Origin: Phaeosaccion multiseriatum
Taxonomy: Eukaryota; Protista; Ochrophyta, other classes
Assembly: GCA_965112735.1 (NCBI GenBank)
Contig: OZ218950.1
Coordinates: forward strand, 7,192,001 to 7,256,000
Direction: 5' to 3'
Length of the DNA stretch: 64,000 nt
The notes under the pieces are model-generated. The model had not been told where the DNA came from. It made no database searches and saw only the letters and a list, made by a program, of their open reading frames with translations. Of the stretch, positions 10,765-30,900 are shown in pieces. How positions within the stretch are numbered: position 1 is the stretch's first letter; each line of letters starts with the position of its first letter. Both the position numbers and the translations under genes were made by a program.

Positions 10765-12676
10765 TCATGATTGAAGAGTTGTGGATGCCAAACGTAAGAG
10801 ACTCTCCCTCGGGGGAAGGTCCTTGGGCGAGTTCATGGTGGTGATGGCCTTGTTGAAATCGTCTAGCGCGTTGTGGTCATCCGTCGTCGTCTCCCCCTCC
10901 CCCTCCTCCCGGGCTGCGGCCGCTTGTTCCGCCTCCCTGGCCTCGAGGTATGCCTTGCTCTCACGGAACTTGGCGAGGAAGTTGTCTTGCAGCATGTGCC
11001 GCACCTCCAGGACGGAGGGGTGGAACACGCTGGCCCGAGCTTCCGCCTGCCAGGCCAGATCGACAGTGGAGCGACAGTGGAGCGACAGTGGAGCGACAGG
11101 AGGGGGTGGGGCGAGGCGGCCGAGGCCAGGCAGAGGGACGCGTGAGAAGAAAATGAGAAGGAAGGATCGAGGCGGTGGAGCAGGCATGCCTGGTGGGTAG
11201 TCCAGCCAGCAGGGGCAGCGAGGGACAGGCAAGAAGCAGAAGCAGCAGCAGAGCACGGGGAACGCACCTGGTCGGCGCTCATGAAGACGTCCCTATCCAT
11301 GAGGCGCAGCCCCTGCGTGCGCATCTTGGTGTCGATGTTCACCTCCATGTCCGAGAACTGCTCAATGTACGTGCGGCAGATGGAGGTGTAGCACTCGTAC
11401 ACCTGCTCCAGCAGCGGAGCAGGAGGGCCCTCCTCGCCTCCACCGGTCCCTCCTTCGCCCCCTTGCTGCGCGGCTTGCCGTGGTGCCTGTCCTTCTTCTG
11501 CTTCTCGACTCCCGCCCTCCGCTATCTGCTGCTCGCGGCGCACGAGAGCGTCGTACCCCTCCACTGCCCGAAGGAAGTCGTAACTCTCGAGGCAGAGCGC
11601 TCGGCGAATGAAGTCGTAGAACAGCCTGTCCAAGACCGGATGGGCCATGGTCTCGGCCACCTCCGCACCAATCCCGCCCCCCGCGCTGTGCGGTGTGTCT
11701 GTCAAAGAAGAAAGCGGCACCACATGTCGTCCCGATCCTCTGTTCGGAGCTCGGAAGCTTGGCTCTGTTTTGACTCTCAAGTAGGCCCTCCTGGCTATGG
11801 GATCGCGCACCCACCGGAGGTCTCCCCACCAATGCAGCGAAGCAAGTGAAGTAACCATGCAGTGGGCAGCGATCACGAGGTTCAGCGCTGTCGACACCTT
11901 CCATGCGTTCGTAGTCTCCTGCACCACGAGGACGAAGAAGTGGATGACACTCGCGACTGCGATGCCCATCGCCAGGCAGGCAGTCTCCTCTCCGATGCGC
12001 AGGAGGTCGTTGGCCTGCACAATCCGCCTGCTCCAATACCCTCCAAAACCAGTCAGTATGGCGATGGGACCGATCTGCAGTTGCCAAGGCTGCATCACGT
12101 AGCAGTAGTAGTCGCTCCTGGACTGGAAGGGTCTGAACCACGCCACCAACGAAGCCATAACCATATTCTGCACGAAGCTGCCCGCTACCTGCTTCCATGC
12201 CCAGAATGGCGCCAGAATGAAGGCATACTTTCTACGGGTGTCCTGTTCTGCCATCGCTATCATCATCTTCAGAGGTCGCATTAAAGCGGGGATACCTGGA
12301 CTCGAGAGGTGGTAGGACAAGCAAGAAGGAGTCAGCTCGGCCGTGTGTGAGGAGACGTGGACACAAAGTAAACCAGGCACAAGCAACCACTTCAACAAGC
12401 CTCAATGAGTCACTTACCACCCAACGCGATCATCAAAAAGGATGAGAATATGATGAAGTCACACGAGAAGGGGACCCCCTCCAACCTGCAGATACATTCG
12501 GCACTGACGACGTACACAAAAGCCGATTGTCCCGCGATGGAGCAAAGGAGAAGGCCAGGGTAGCGAGCCCTAATGATGGGGCAGTTCCTTCTCTGCCAAA
12601 GCTGCCGACTCTTCCGAAAGGCGGCACTCAAGTGGGCCGCATTTAGCACCAGGAGCGCAACGCTCGCGGCGTGCAT
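10765..12676 (-). CDS. 7TM-RGS protein, copy 2; exons 12676-12418, 12295-11268, 11046-10765
   Basis: Near-identical paralogue of 6289-8171 with the same introns. The apparent frameshift is an 11-nt duplication inside intron 2 (221 vs 210 nt). Confidence 0.85.
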
Positions 12677-13286
12677 CCTTTGGTCCGGCCTCTTTCTTGG
12701 GCCGCTAGTAATACTTTGGGGAAGGGAAAAGGAAAGAAACGAAACTGCCGCCGGATAAGGCTTTTCTTTCACCTCCCCTACTCTTCTTGTACACAAACGG
12801 CATTCATTTAAGTTAGGTTGTTTCCTCCATTCTTCTCTGCAGAGCCGTACACTGCCCCCCACTCTCGCAGGCGGAGAGCGCTTCGTGGGGAGCACAGGAG
12901 CGACCCGACTCATGACACCTGACACCTGACACCTGACACCCAATACCTCGCACCCAACCGGACGGAGGGAGTCAAGAGCCCCCCGTCGTGGGCAGAACGC
13001 GACTGCACGCAGGCCGTCCGGTGCCTTCCTCCCGCATATCGAGAGAGCCTCTCTGGCCTTGGGTGGGACTTCTGCGCCAAGACCGCTGCTTACCCGCTCT
13101 GCTCCTCCGACCAATATACTGCTTGAAGCAGTACACCACGATACGCCCCCCCCCTCCCTCTCCTCCCTCCTCCCTCCTCCGTCCCCGCGTCTGTATATGC
13201 CTCTATCTAGCCCCTTCGCCCTCGAAGCCCCTGGTCAGTTTGAAGTCGGCCCCTACGCAGGCCGAGATGTGCCTCTATCGGGGTCT

Positions 13287-21456
<8,170 letters not shown>

Positions 21457-21956
21457 GCTTATTACTAGGGGCCTTTGGGCTATAATGAAGCAAATGCACA
21501 GAGAGGAGAGAGAGGGAGAGGGACAGAGAGACGGAGAGGGACGGGGGGAGGAGGAGGGAGAGAGAGAGAGAGAGAGGAGAGGGAGCAAGGGAGATGAGAG
21601 AAGAGAGAGAGAGACAGAGAGAGAGAAAGAGAGAGAGAGAGGTGAGAGAGTGATATCTCGAGATGGACGTTATGTAGAGAGATGCATTACAGACAGAGAG
21701 AGGGGTGTGGGGAGACGGGAGTGGCAAGAGACAACAGGGGCCGAGGGGAGAGGATGGAGAATCGAAAGTAGGGAGGGGTGCGGGCGCGAGAGAGTATCTC
21801 GGTCCTACCCCGCTGACTTACCTCTTGCCCTAAGCTGCCGGCAGCGCTGTCCGCGCCTTCCCACTTATCTCGCTCATCGGCCCTCTACTGTGTGCGAGCA
21901 GCCTTGTTCGCTCAGCTGACCCCGATTTCTCTTCACGCTACACCTGAAGTGCATCA

Positions 21957-22004
21957 CAACTCACAAAACCCACTAATTGTCAACTCACAAAACCCACTAA
22001 TTGT
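21957..22004. promoter_or_regulatory. Tandem 24-bp direct repeat (CAACTCACAAAACCCACTAATTGT x2) in the divergent ACAP/ATAD3 intergenic region
   Basis: Exact duplication seen; a regulatory role is inferred only from position. Confidence 0.3.
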
Positions 22005-22393
22005 AGAGAGAGATTAGGATGATAGAGAGGTTTGGGAGAGAGAGGGAGGAGGGTTCGAGCGCCTGTTCAACGCTTCGACTTTTAAAGTAGATGTCAATTT
22101 CAATTTCGATAGACAATTCCACACCCCGGGGTCCTTGAGGGGAAATCGACCTCGCCACAGCCGCAGCTACCACTTTGTAGAGAAAGGAGAGAGAGAAGAA
22201 GTGGCCCACCTCAGAGAGTGGCCCCAAATAACGCAATGAATCAGCAATAGCAAGAGGTGTAGAAGCTGCAGCAGCAGCGGCGGCGGCGTGGTTGGGAGTG
22301 GAGTAGCGCGGATCCGCTCTCCCGCTCCCACGAAGCGGGATTGACGGAGGCTGCTGGTTGGGAAGGACAACCTTGTAATATTGTCTGGGGACC

Positions 22394-23070
22394 ATGTTTA
22401 ACTTCGGCAAGGCGAAGACCCCCGGGCAGGAGGCTCTGGAGCAAGCGAAGCTGCAGCAGCTGGAACAGCAAAGAAAGGCGGGCGAGGGAGATGGGAAGGC
22501 CACGGGAGGCAAGAACAAAGAGGAGAAGGGCGGCTCCTACAGCGGGGGAGGCTTCGACCCGCGCGGGCTCGAGCGAGCAGCGGTGGCGGCCAAGGAGCTG
22601 GACAAGTCCAAGCACTCCAAACAAGTGCTGCAGCTCATCAAGGAGCAGGAGGAGACTAAGAGGGTGGAGCACGAGATGAAGCGGGCGGAGTTCGAGGCGT
22701 ACGCCAAGCAGCAGGAGGTCCAGAACATTGAGAAGGAGGCGGAAGAGGCGCGCAGGACGCTGCAGATACAGGCACGTGCAAGAGGGTAGAGCGCGTGATC
22801 AGAAGGAGGCAGACAGAGCGCGTGATCACAAGGAGGCGAGCTTGATGCGGCACCGCAGCACTGCTAGTGCCTTGTTGCCTTCCCTTTCTCTTCACCCTCT
22901 TACTCTCTTTGACTCCCTGGCTTGCTTCATCCCTGACTTGCTGCCTGCCCTTCAGACGGAGCACGAGAAGAAGCGCTTGGAGCACCAGGACCAACTCGCC
23001 AGGAAGCGACACGTGGATCAGATCAACGCAGACAGGTGGGGGCCTGTGTCTGTGTCTGTGTGTGTGTGTG

Positions 23071-23104
<34 letters not shown>

Positions 23105-26100
23105 TGTGCATGTTTGTGTGTGGATAAAGGGGCGGAGCAGAGAGCACAATGACGAAACACTTTTTCAACTGAGGATCGCATATCAATGAGGACCTAGTCA
23201 AGCGCTATCCATTTCTCGAGTGCTCTCCTGCTCGCGTCTGCCTCTGCCCACTTTACCGTGCTTGCTTCTGCTTCGTCTCCGATCGCGTCTGGGGAAGGGC
23301 CTCTGGTGTGTGTGTGTGTGGAGGGGGAGGGGGGTGTGGTGTGCGTGTGAGGGGGCGAAGAGCGCGGCAGAAGAGAGCACACGATGACGAAACGCTTTTA
23401 AACTGAGGATCATGTACAATGACCTTGTTAAACGCTATTTTCGAGCGGTCTCCTGCTCCGGTCTGTGTACCTGCCGTACCGTGCTTGCTTCCGATTTGTC
23501 TGCAGTTGGCGGCATCTGTTACACCTGTTGGTCATTCAGAGCGTCTCCGTGGGGAGGGAGCGTGGTACTTGCTGTCTTCCAACCACCTCCACGCTGCTTT
23601 GAGCTCCTCCACTAAAAGCAAGCCTCCTATACTCTCCTCTCCACCTGACAGCAACTGGCAAACTAACCGGCTGAGTGCTTGAATGACTCGAATGACCAAC
23701 ACGCACAGGTACACCCGCGAGCAGGAGCTCGCGCGGCAGGAGGAACTTGTGAAACGCCAAGAGGCCGTCAAGAGAAAGACACTCGAATACGAGGCAGAGC
23801 TCAGGCAGCAAACGGTACGGGGCGGTGCATTGTGGCGGGGTGGGTGGAGGCGTATGGGGCATGGGAAGGCTCGGAGGGCACAGGAGAATGAGAGATCAGA
23901 GGGCATAGTCAGACGATGAGTGGAGGTGTGTGTTTATCAAGTGCTCGATAGTCCTCTGATAAATCCTGTCGTCGTCCTGTTTGTATCCTCTTCTGCTGTC
24001 CTCCTTCCACCTCTTCTCTTGCTCGTTGGGGTGGGCTTCTCGTGCGCTCTATCCAAACGCACGCACGCACGCACACACACACACACACACTTGCACAAAA
24101 ACAGGAGCTGGCCCGAGTCAAGGCGGAGACGGAGGGCCTGATCCGACAGGAGAGAGAGAACCACGACCTCAGAGTGGAGGAGGTGAAGATAGGAGCGGCG
24201 GAATACAGGGACACCGTGCTGGAGAGCATCAAGCTGGCGGGGGACACGCTGGGGGTGAGTGGGTGTGCTTGGGCTCCCTCTGTCTCGGTTGAAGGTTGGA
24301 GAGTGCTTCCTCCGTGTGTAAGGTGACGTGGCTTGACGTGCGTGGTGACTTGAGGGCTCCGACGTGATCCACCAGCCAGCCACCCACCACCAACCAATCA
24401 GCCAGCCTGCAGCTATAACCCACCAGTCGCTCCCCTCCCTCTCTCCCTCTGCACCCTCCAGTCGGGAATCAAGTCATTCCTGAGCGACAGGGAGAAGATG
24501 ATTGCTGCCACCACGACCCTCACAGTGGCGGCAGTGGGCATCTACGGCGCAAAGACCGGCACCAACGTCCTCGGCCGGTAAGTCACGGTCAATACTCATT
24601 ACTCATTACTCACCTGAGATTATATCGGAATTTAAGCCTTCAACGTTACGGAAAGTCACTGCCGTAAGTGTTGCTGGGTTGGGGTTGGGGTAGGCGGTGT
24701 GGAGCTCTTTATTCCTATTTACACATTACACGCCTGCCTCCCTCATTATTGTCGTCTTCGTCGCCCTTGTTGTTATTATTTTTGTTCTTGTTTGTGGTGG
24801 TGGTGGTACCGTGTTGCCCCCCCCCCCAAGGTATGTAGAGGCGCGCTTAGGCAAGCCTTCTCTGGTCCGAGAGACTTCACGACGGACATTCAGAGAAGTG
24901 AGTGCATGAGCAAGTAGAAGGAGGACCAAGAGGATGAGCAAGTAGAAGGAGGACCAAGAGGATGAGCAAGTAGAAGGGGGACCAAGAGGAGGATACCACA
25001 GGCTTGCCCCTCCCCTTGACGCATGCGATACGTCCATTCAGTGCCTCCATGTGCTGCGCCTCACCCATCCAAAACGTACCCTTCTCCTCCTCCCCCTCCT
25101 CTCTACACACAGACCCTGTCGACGAACCCGTTACCCTCTCTGAAGCGTTTCTTCGGCTTTAGTAATGCGGGGGAGGACGCTCTCAAGGGCGTGGTGCTGC
25201 AGCCCAAGCTTGCAAACAGGTTGCAGAGAGTGGCCACGAGTACCGCCAACACTAAGAAGAACATGGCGCCTTTCAGGCATCTGCTGCTCTACGGTGAGGG
25301 ATGGACGCGGATGGAGGGGGGGGAGGGGGGGCTGGGAGGGACGGAGGGAGGGAGGGGAGGAGGGAGGGAGGGAGGATGGGTTGGAGGGGACCGGAGAGAA
25401 AGGGAGAGACTGTGGAACGACCGAAGGCAAACCAAGCACAATGACGAAACACTTTTTAAACTGAGGATCGCATATCAATGAGGACCTAGTTAAGCGCTAT
25501 CCATTTCTCGAGTGCTGCTGTTCGTCGGTTGGTCCAGTGGGTCGGTGAAGGGGATAGGGGAGAAGGGGGGGCGTGAGAGGCTCCAGACGCTTGACTTATT
25601 TGCTATCCTTTCTGTCCTGGTTTCCGTCTTCACATTGCCCCCCCGCCCCCTTGCCATCCGCTGCCATCCACTGCCCCATCCATTGCCAACAGGCCCCCCG
25701 GGGACGGGCAAGACTCTGTTCGCCAAGGGGCTTGCTCGGCACTCTGGGCTTGAGTACGCCATCATGACAGGGGGGGACATCGCACCGCTGGGCAGGGATG
25801 CTGTCACAGAGATGCACAAGCTCTTCGACTGGGCACAGACCAGTAGAAAGGGTAAGGGAGAGAAGGGGTGGAGAGGCAGTAGAAAGGGGTGATGGCGTGA
25901 TGAGGTGAGGAACAAGACTTGGCGCTGCGGAAGGAGGGAGCGCAAACGGGAGCAACGGAGCAGAGGCTTTATCTGCTCCATAGTTCTCTGTCCATCGCAG
26001 CTGCGCCATCCAATCCGTCGCGTGCTCAAACCCCCCTCCCCCTTCTGGATAACCAACTGGATAACCAACAGGTCTTCTGCTGTTCGTGGACGAGTCTGAC

Positions 26101-26633
26101 GCGTTTCTGCGGCGCCGCAGCACGGAGCACATCTCAGAGGACATGCGCAACGCCCTCAACGCCTTCCTGTACAGGACGGGGGAGGCCACCGACAAGTTCA
26201 TGCTGGTGTATGCCTCCAACCAGCCGGAGCAGTTCGACTGGGCCATTAACGATAGGATAGGTAAGTTGTTGGTGCTGTTGTTGCTATTCTTGGTGTTGGT
26301 GTTTCCACTGTTGTGTTGTAGCGTCACTTGTCGTGTCTTGTGTGAGTGCGAAGAGCGCGGCAGAAGAGAGCACGACGACGAAACGCTTTTAAACTGACTG
26401 AGGATCATGTACAATGACCTTGTTAAACTGAGGATCATGTACATGTACAATGACCTTGTTAAACGCTATTTTCGAGTGCTCTCCTGCTCCGTTTTTTTTC
26501 CCCCTGCCATACCGTGCTTGCTTCCGATTTGTCTTCAGCTGGCGGCATCTGTTACACCTGTTGGTCATTTAGAGCGTCACCGCAGGAGTATTTGCATGCA
26601 ACCGTTTGGACTCGAGTTTGTGGTGTGTGTGTG

Positions 26634-26669
<36 letters not shown>

Positions 26670-27472
26670 TGTGCATGTGTGTGTGTGGATAAAGGGGCGG
26701 AGCAGAGAGCACAATGACGAAACACTTTTTCAACTGAGGATCGCATATCAATGAGGACCTAGTTAAGCGCTATCCATTTCTCGAGTGCTCTCCTGCTCCC
26801 GTCTGCCTACCCCACCACTGCTTGCTTCTAGTTTGTCTCTGGCTGCACGTGGGTAGGGGCTGGCGGCACCTACTGCACCTGTTGGTCATTCAGAGCATTG
26901 GCCGTGGGGACGTGATACTTACGAACACCTGCAGCACCGTTCTCCACTGCTCTGCCCTCACTTCCTCCTTCCTCCCACTCCTCTTCCTTCCTCCCCCCCC
27001 TCCTCGAATCGCGACTCCCCTCCCCTCTTCCCTCCCCCCCACCCCCCCTCCCTCCCTCCCTCTCTCCGTCCCTCCCTCTCTCCGTCCCTCCCTCCCTCCC
27101 TCCCTCCCTCCCTCCCTCTCTCCGTCCCTCCCTCCCTCCCTCCCTCCCTCCCTCCCGCCGTGCAGACGAGATGGTGGGGTTCGAGCTGCCTGGTGAGGAG
27201 GAGAGGCGGCGGATGATCAACATGTACATGGAGAAGTACCTCCTCAACACCACGGGGAGGGCAAAGGCCATCATCGTCAAGGTGAGGAGCAGAAGGGAGG
27301 GGGGTGCGGTTCCGAGTCGAGAGTCGAGGAGGGGGGAGCGCGAGGTGTTGCGGATGGCGACGACTCTCGGAGCGGGCAGAGATGGACGGGTCGTCCGAGC
27401 GACAGCGACTCGCTCGTGCTCTTCTTTCTCCACGCCTCCTATGCTCAATACATTGTCGTCCACCCCCCTTCC

Positions 27473-27511
<39 letters not shown>

Positions 27512-27910
27512 CGTGTGTGCCGTGCCCTCCCTCCCTCCCCTGCTGCCCCGCCCTGTTGATCGGTCGGTCTGTGGCAGGGGGTGGAAAAGGAGCAGATCGA
27601 GGCAGCGGTAATGGCCACGGAGGGCTTCAGCGGACGAGAGATCGCCAAGTTGGCCATCGCGTGGCAGAGCGCCGCGTACGGCAGCGCAGCCACCACCTTC
27701 ACACAGACTCTGATGCAGGAAGTGCTAGACATCTTCGTGGCACAGAAGGTGCAGAAGTTCTCGTGGCTGCATCAGGCGCAAGTGCGCAGCGGTGCCAAAG
27801 TTCAGCCCCTGACCCCGCAGATTGCGGCCAGCCTTACGCAAGGGAGCAGCAGCAGTGGGAGCAGCAGCAGTGGGAGCAGCGGTAACAGTGGGGTTGGCAG
27901 TAGCAGCTAA
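22394..27910 (+). CDS. ATAD3: ATPase family AAA domain-containing protein 3 (mitochondrial), 11 exons
   Basis: [21 protein letters not shown]-terminus, coiled coil, [17 protein letters not shown], Walker [38 protein letters not shown], Walker [40 protein letters not shown]. Confidence 0.95.
23140..23227 (+). ncRNA. Intronic box C/D snoRNA-like element, copy A1
   Basis: Terminal stem GAGAGCAC/GTGCTCTC; box C ATGACGA (23149), D' CTGA (23169), C' ATGAGGA (23186), D-like TCGA (23216); rRNA-complementary guides. Confidence 0.7.
23373..23452 (+). ncRNA. Intronic box C/D snoRNA-like element, diverged copy B1
   Basis: Same box order (ATGACGA, CTGA, ATGACC, TCGA) with a shortened 3' guide. Confidence 0.5.
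25435..25516 (+). ncRNA. Intronic box C/D snoRNA-like element, copy A2
   Basis: Core nearly identical to A1 while the flanks differ; stem AGCAC/GTGCT retained. Confidence 0.7.
26366..26483 (+). pseudogene. Degenerate snoRNA copy B2
   Basis: Box C mutated to ACGACGA and an internal ~35-nt duplication. Confidence 0.5.
26705..26792 (+). ncRNA. Intronic box C/D snoRNA-like element, copy A3
   Basis: One difference from A1 in the core; full terminal stem. Confidence 0.7.
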
Positions 27911-30900
27911 AGGTGGAGTAGTATTTCTCCGTTCATGCAGCAGGCAGCAGCAGCAGTAGCAGCAGCAGCAGTAGTATCGTAGCAGCAGCAGTAGAAGGAG
28001 CAGGAGCAGTCAGACTCAGAGAGAGGCCTCCCTCCTCCTTCCAGCCTTCCACAGGTCCATAGGACAGGATCTGATACGCGCTCTCCATGGGCCCCCTCGA
28101 CAACGCACCTCAGGCACACCTCTCTTGAAAGGCCCTCCCTCTGCGAAGGCCTCTTGGCCTCGACGTTGGGAGGATGAGAGCAGAGTATCGGAGAGGAGGA
28201 GACGGTGGAGACCCCGCAGAGAGCAAGCGGCCCCTTTGACAGAGAGCAGCCGCGCAGCCCTTTGAGGCGTTCATAGATTGCTTACGATGGCAAATGACGA
28301 ATGAGCGTGGAGGAGCGGGGATGAGCCCCTTTGGAGGAGCCAACTCGAATTATGTCAACAATATATCTTTCGGGCCCTTGTATGTCAATTAACCCCGATA
28401 AATGTCAGTAGGACCGAAATTTTTTGGTCATTTTTTTGAATCGGCTGGGGCACCTGAAGGAGGAGATGAATACTAGATATACGGACTATCCCAGACGAAG
28501 CGCTTGCGGAAGCTTGAGGAAAACACAGTGAACTCGGGATTGGGCAGCTGAGAGCGTGCTCGCAGCAGCTTTGTGGCAAGAACTAGCGGGTGAGCGGCAA
28601 AGGTGCGTTTTTCTCCAACCTTGGTTTCGAGAGAGAGAGAGGACGGAGGGGGGTATACCCATAGAGATAAGCCGTGGGCAAGATAGGATCTCTTCTCCAG
28701 GAGTATGCGAAACTTTTCATATGCGTCGTATGCTCTTCCGCCTCCAGCTCGTCGGCACTTTTGCCCCTGAAGTTAGGGTACTCCACCCTCACAGTTGGAT
28801 GTCTCTGAGACGTGGACGCTGCTCTATTCTACCGATTTTCAGGGCCCATCAGGGCGTCATCTCGTCCGAAGGACACGTCTGATGACCCCCGTACCGCCGC
28901 TGTCCATGGGCGGAGGGCAAGAGGTCTATCGCAGGTCGTCACCCGAGGTGGCCGAAAAGGTGAGGGCGCACGAGAGGGGGAGAGGGCGTGAGATGGAAGG
29001 CTTCGCCTGGCAGTTACGAGCGGGGCAAGAGGGATCAACATCACTCATATATAGCCTGGCTTGTGACCAAGTTTTAGCTTCAAAGGTCATAATCCCATGT
29101 GCACAATCGCATACGTGTACTCCCCTCTCTTTTGCCTTTGAAGGGCCCTTTTTGTGAGGTCATGAGCGGCCGATCCCACACCCCGTCAGAGCATCGTTCT
29201 TGCTTAAGGGGCGCTATACTAACTCCCCTGCCCCCTGTTATTGCGGGACGTGGGTGGTGGGGCTATCGAGGGGACTTCGACATCTTCCCCCGATGTCACT
29301 CCATAGGTGGGGAAGTATGAGGCTGGAGAGGAAAGGGAATGGAACCTTCCCGGCGGAGTCAAGGGCGACACAAGGTGTGTTGTGGCATCTAGTGTGTGAG
29401 CTGTCAGATGTCGAACTTTCAGCTTCAGCGAGCTTAACAAGACATGGGAAATCACCACTATGTTTACCTCCCTTATTTTGGCCCCTGTGGTTAGGTCATC
29501 ACGAGGGGTATTACCGGGGCAGGAGAACGACTGCGGCAACCATCTTGCCTCACTACAGGGAGCTAAAGGGGAAGGAGTAAGGATTTCACGAGCAGCAGTG
29601 GCAAGACGAGCGGGGGGATGAGAAACAGGCGTCCAGATAGGAGTCAAGCTTATCCGCCTCGTCGTCCACCCAGGAGACGCCGTTGCTACAAGATCATCTG
29701 CAGCTCCTCTTGGCTACTGCGGATGAGCGTGCTCGTACTCTAGCCTCCCAGCCACGAGTGAGAGAAGCTCAATCAAGCAGCAGCTGGGTGCGCCATCGGC
29801 AGCCGAGGCGGCCGTGGGAGCTGAGCCGGAGAAGGGGGGGGAGGTAGCGTGCTGTTGCTGTGGGTGGTGGTGCTCGTCGTGGCACATGGTCGAGAAGCGA
29901 TTGTGACTCAGGGGCGACAGGGCGATGAGCCGCAAGGCCATACTCAAGTCGCTGACCGCTCTGTATGCAGAGAAAGTGGGGTGGAGGCCGTGGCAGGGGG
30001 GTTAGGAGCTGCCAGAGGAGGGCTTGGCGGGCTACAGAGACGGATTTCGCAGGTAAGACGGAGCCTCGTGCAGCATCTATAGTAGTAGTAGCCGTAGCAG
30101 CACCGATAAGGGGAGGAGGGGCAGTGTGTGTACAGTTGGAGTTGCCCATCCGTGAAATTGGGTTAAAATGACGAATATACACATAGATAGCGTTGTAAAT
30201 CGCATCCTCGCCAAGGAGAGCATGTAAAGAGTACCAAATCGGCGCATGGTCATGAGGTATAGCCTCGCGTTGTATCTGGCCCATATCTATCGTCATACCC
30301 TCTCTTCCCCCTCGATCGAGGGTCAGGATGACGACGAAAAGGGGCCCTTCACACTTGTAAATTCTCTCCCTCACTCTGTAGCTCCTGAAAGGACACTTCG
30401 AGTTGCCCAGCACTCAGCAGACTATGTATCCCTCAAGTCTTCTCAAGGGTTTCATATATCGTGGTCTGCTGGTCGCACACGCTCCTCCCTCTCCTCACCA
30501 TTTTTGAGGTGAAAACTGCTGCCATAAGTGTTTCCATCTCGCCTCACCCCTTCTGCTCCACAGCACCTGCAATCGCACTCTTAGCTGCTCAACGTCGACT
30601 TCCACATGTGGGTCGCAGTCTGCTCAAAACCATTCCTCCCTCATGGGCTCTTGCTCGCACACGCTCTTCCCCCACTCCCCCCTTGTTTGAGGCCCAAATT
30701 CCCGCCAAAGCAACGGACATTTCAGCTCCACATGTTAGCCCACTATCTCCTAAGACCGCGCTCCCAGCTTCACATCGGCTATTTGACTACATAATCCGTA
30801 TTCAGCCCGAAGATTATCACCTCTTGTGTGAGCTACACCTCTCTCTTTCTCCCTTGTTCAGGGGCAAAGATCTCGTCAACATAGCAGCACATTTCACCTC

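Larger units (their letters stand above)
6289..13150. repeat. Direct segmental duplication of ~2.4 kb (6289-~8680 and 10765-~13150)
   Basis: Alignable from the stop codon through the CDS, introns and ~500 bp of upstream sequence. Confidence 0.95.

Noticed and set aside
11047-11267. Frameshift suggesting RGS copy 2 is a pseudogene
   Set aside because: The 11-nt duplication lies inside a GT-AG intron; the spliced frame is intact.
23140-26792. Repeated ORF peptide [16 protein letters not shown] as a duplicated or alternative ATAD3 exon
   Set aside because: No consistent splice sites, ATAD3 is complete without it, and conservation follows stems and C/D boxes rather than codons.
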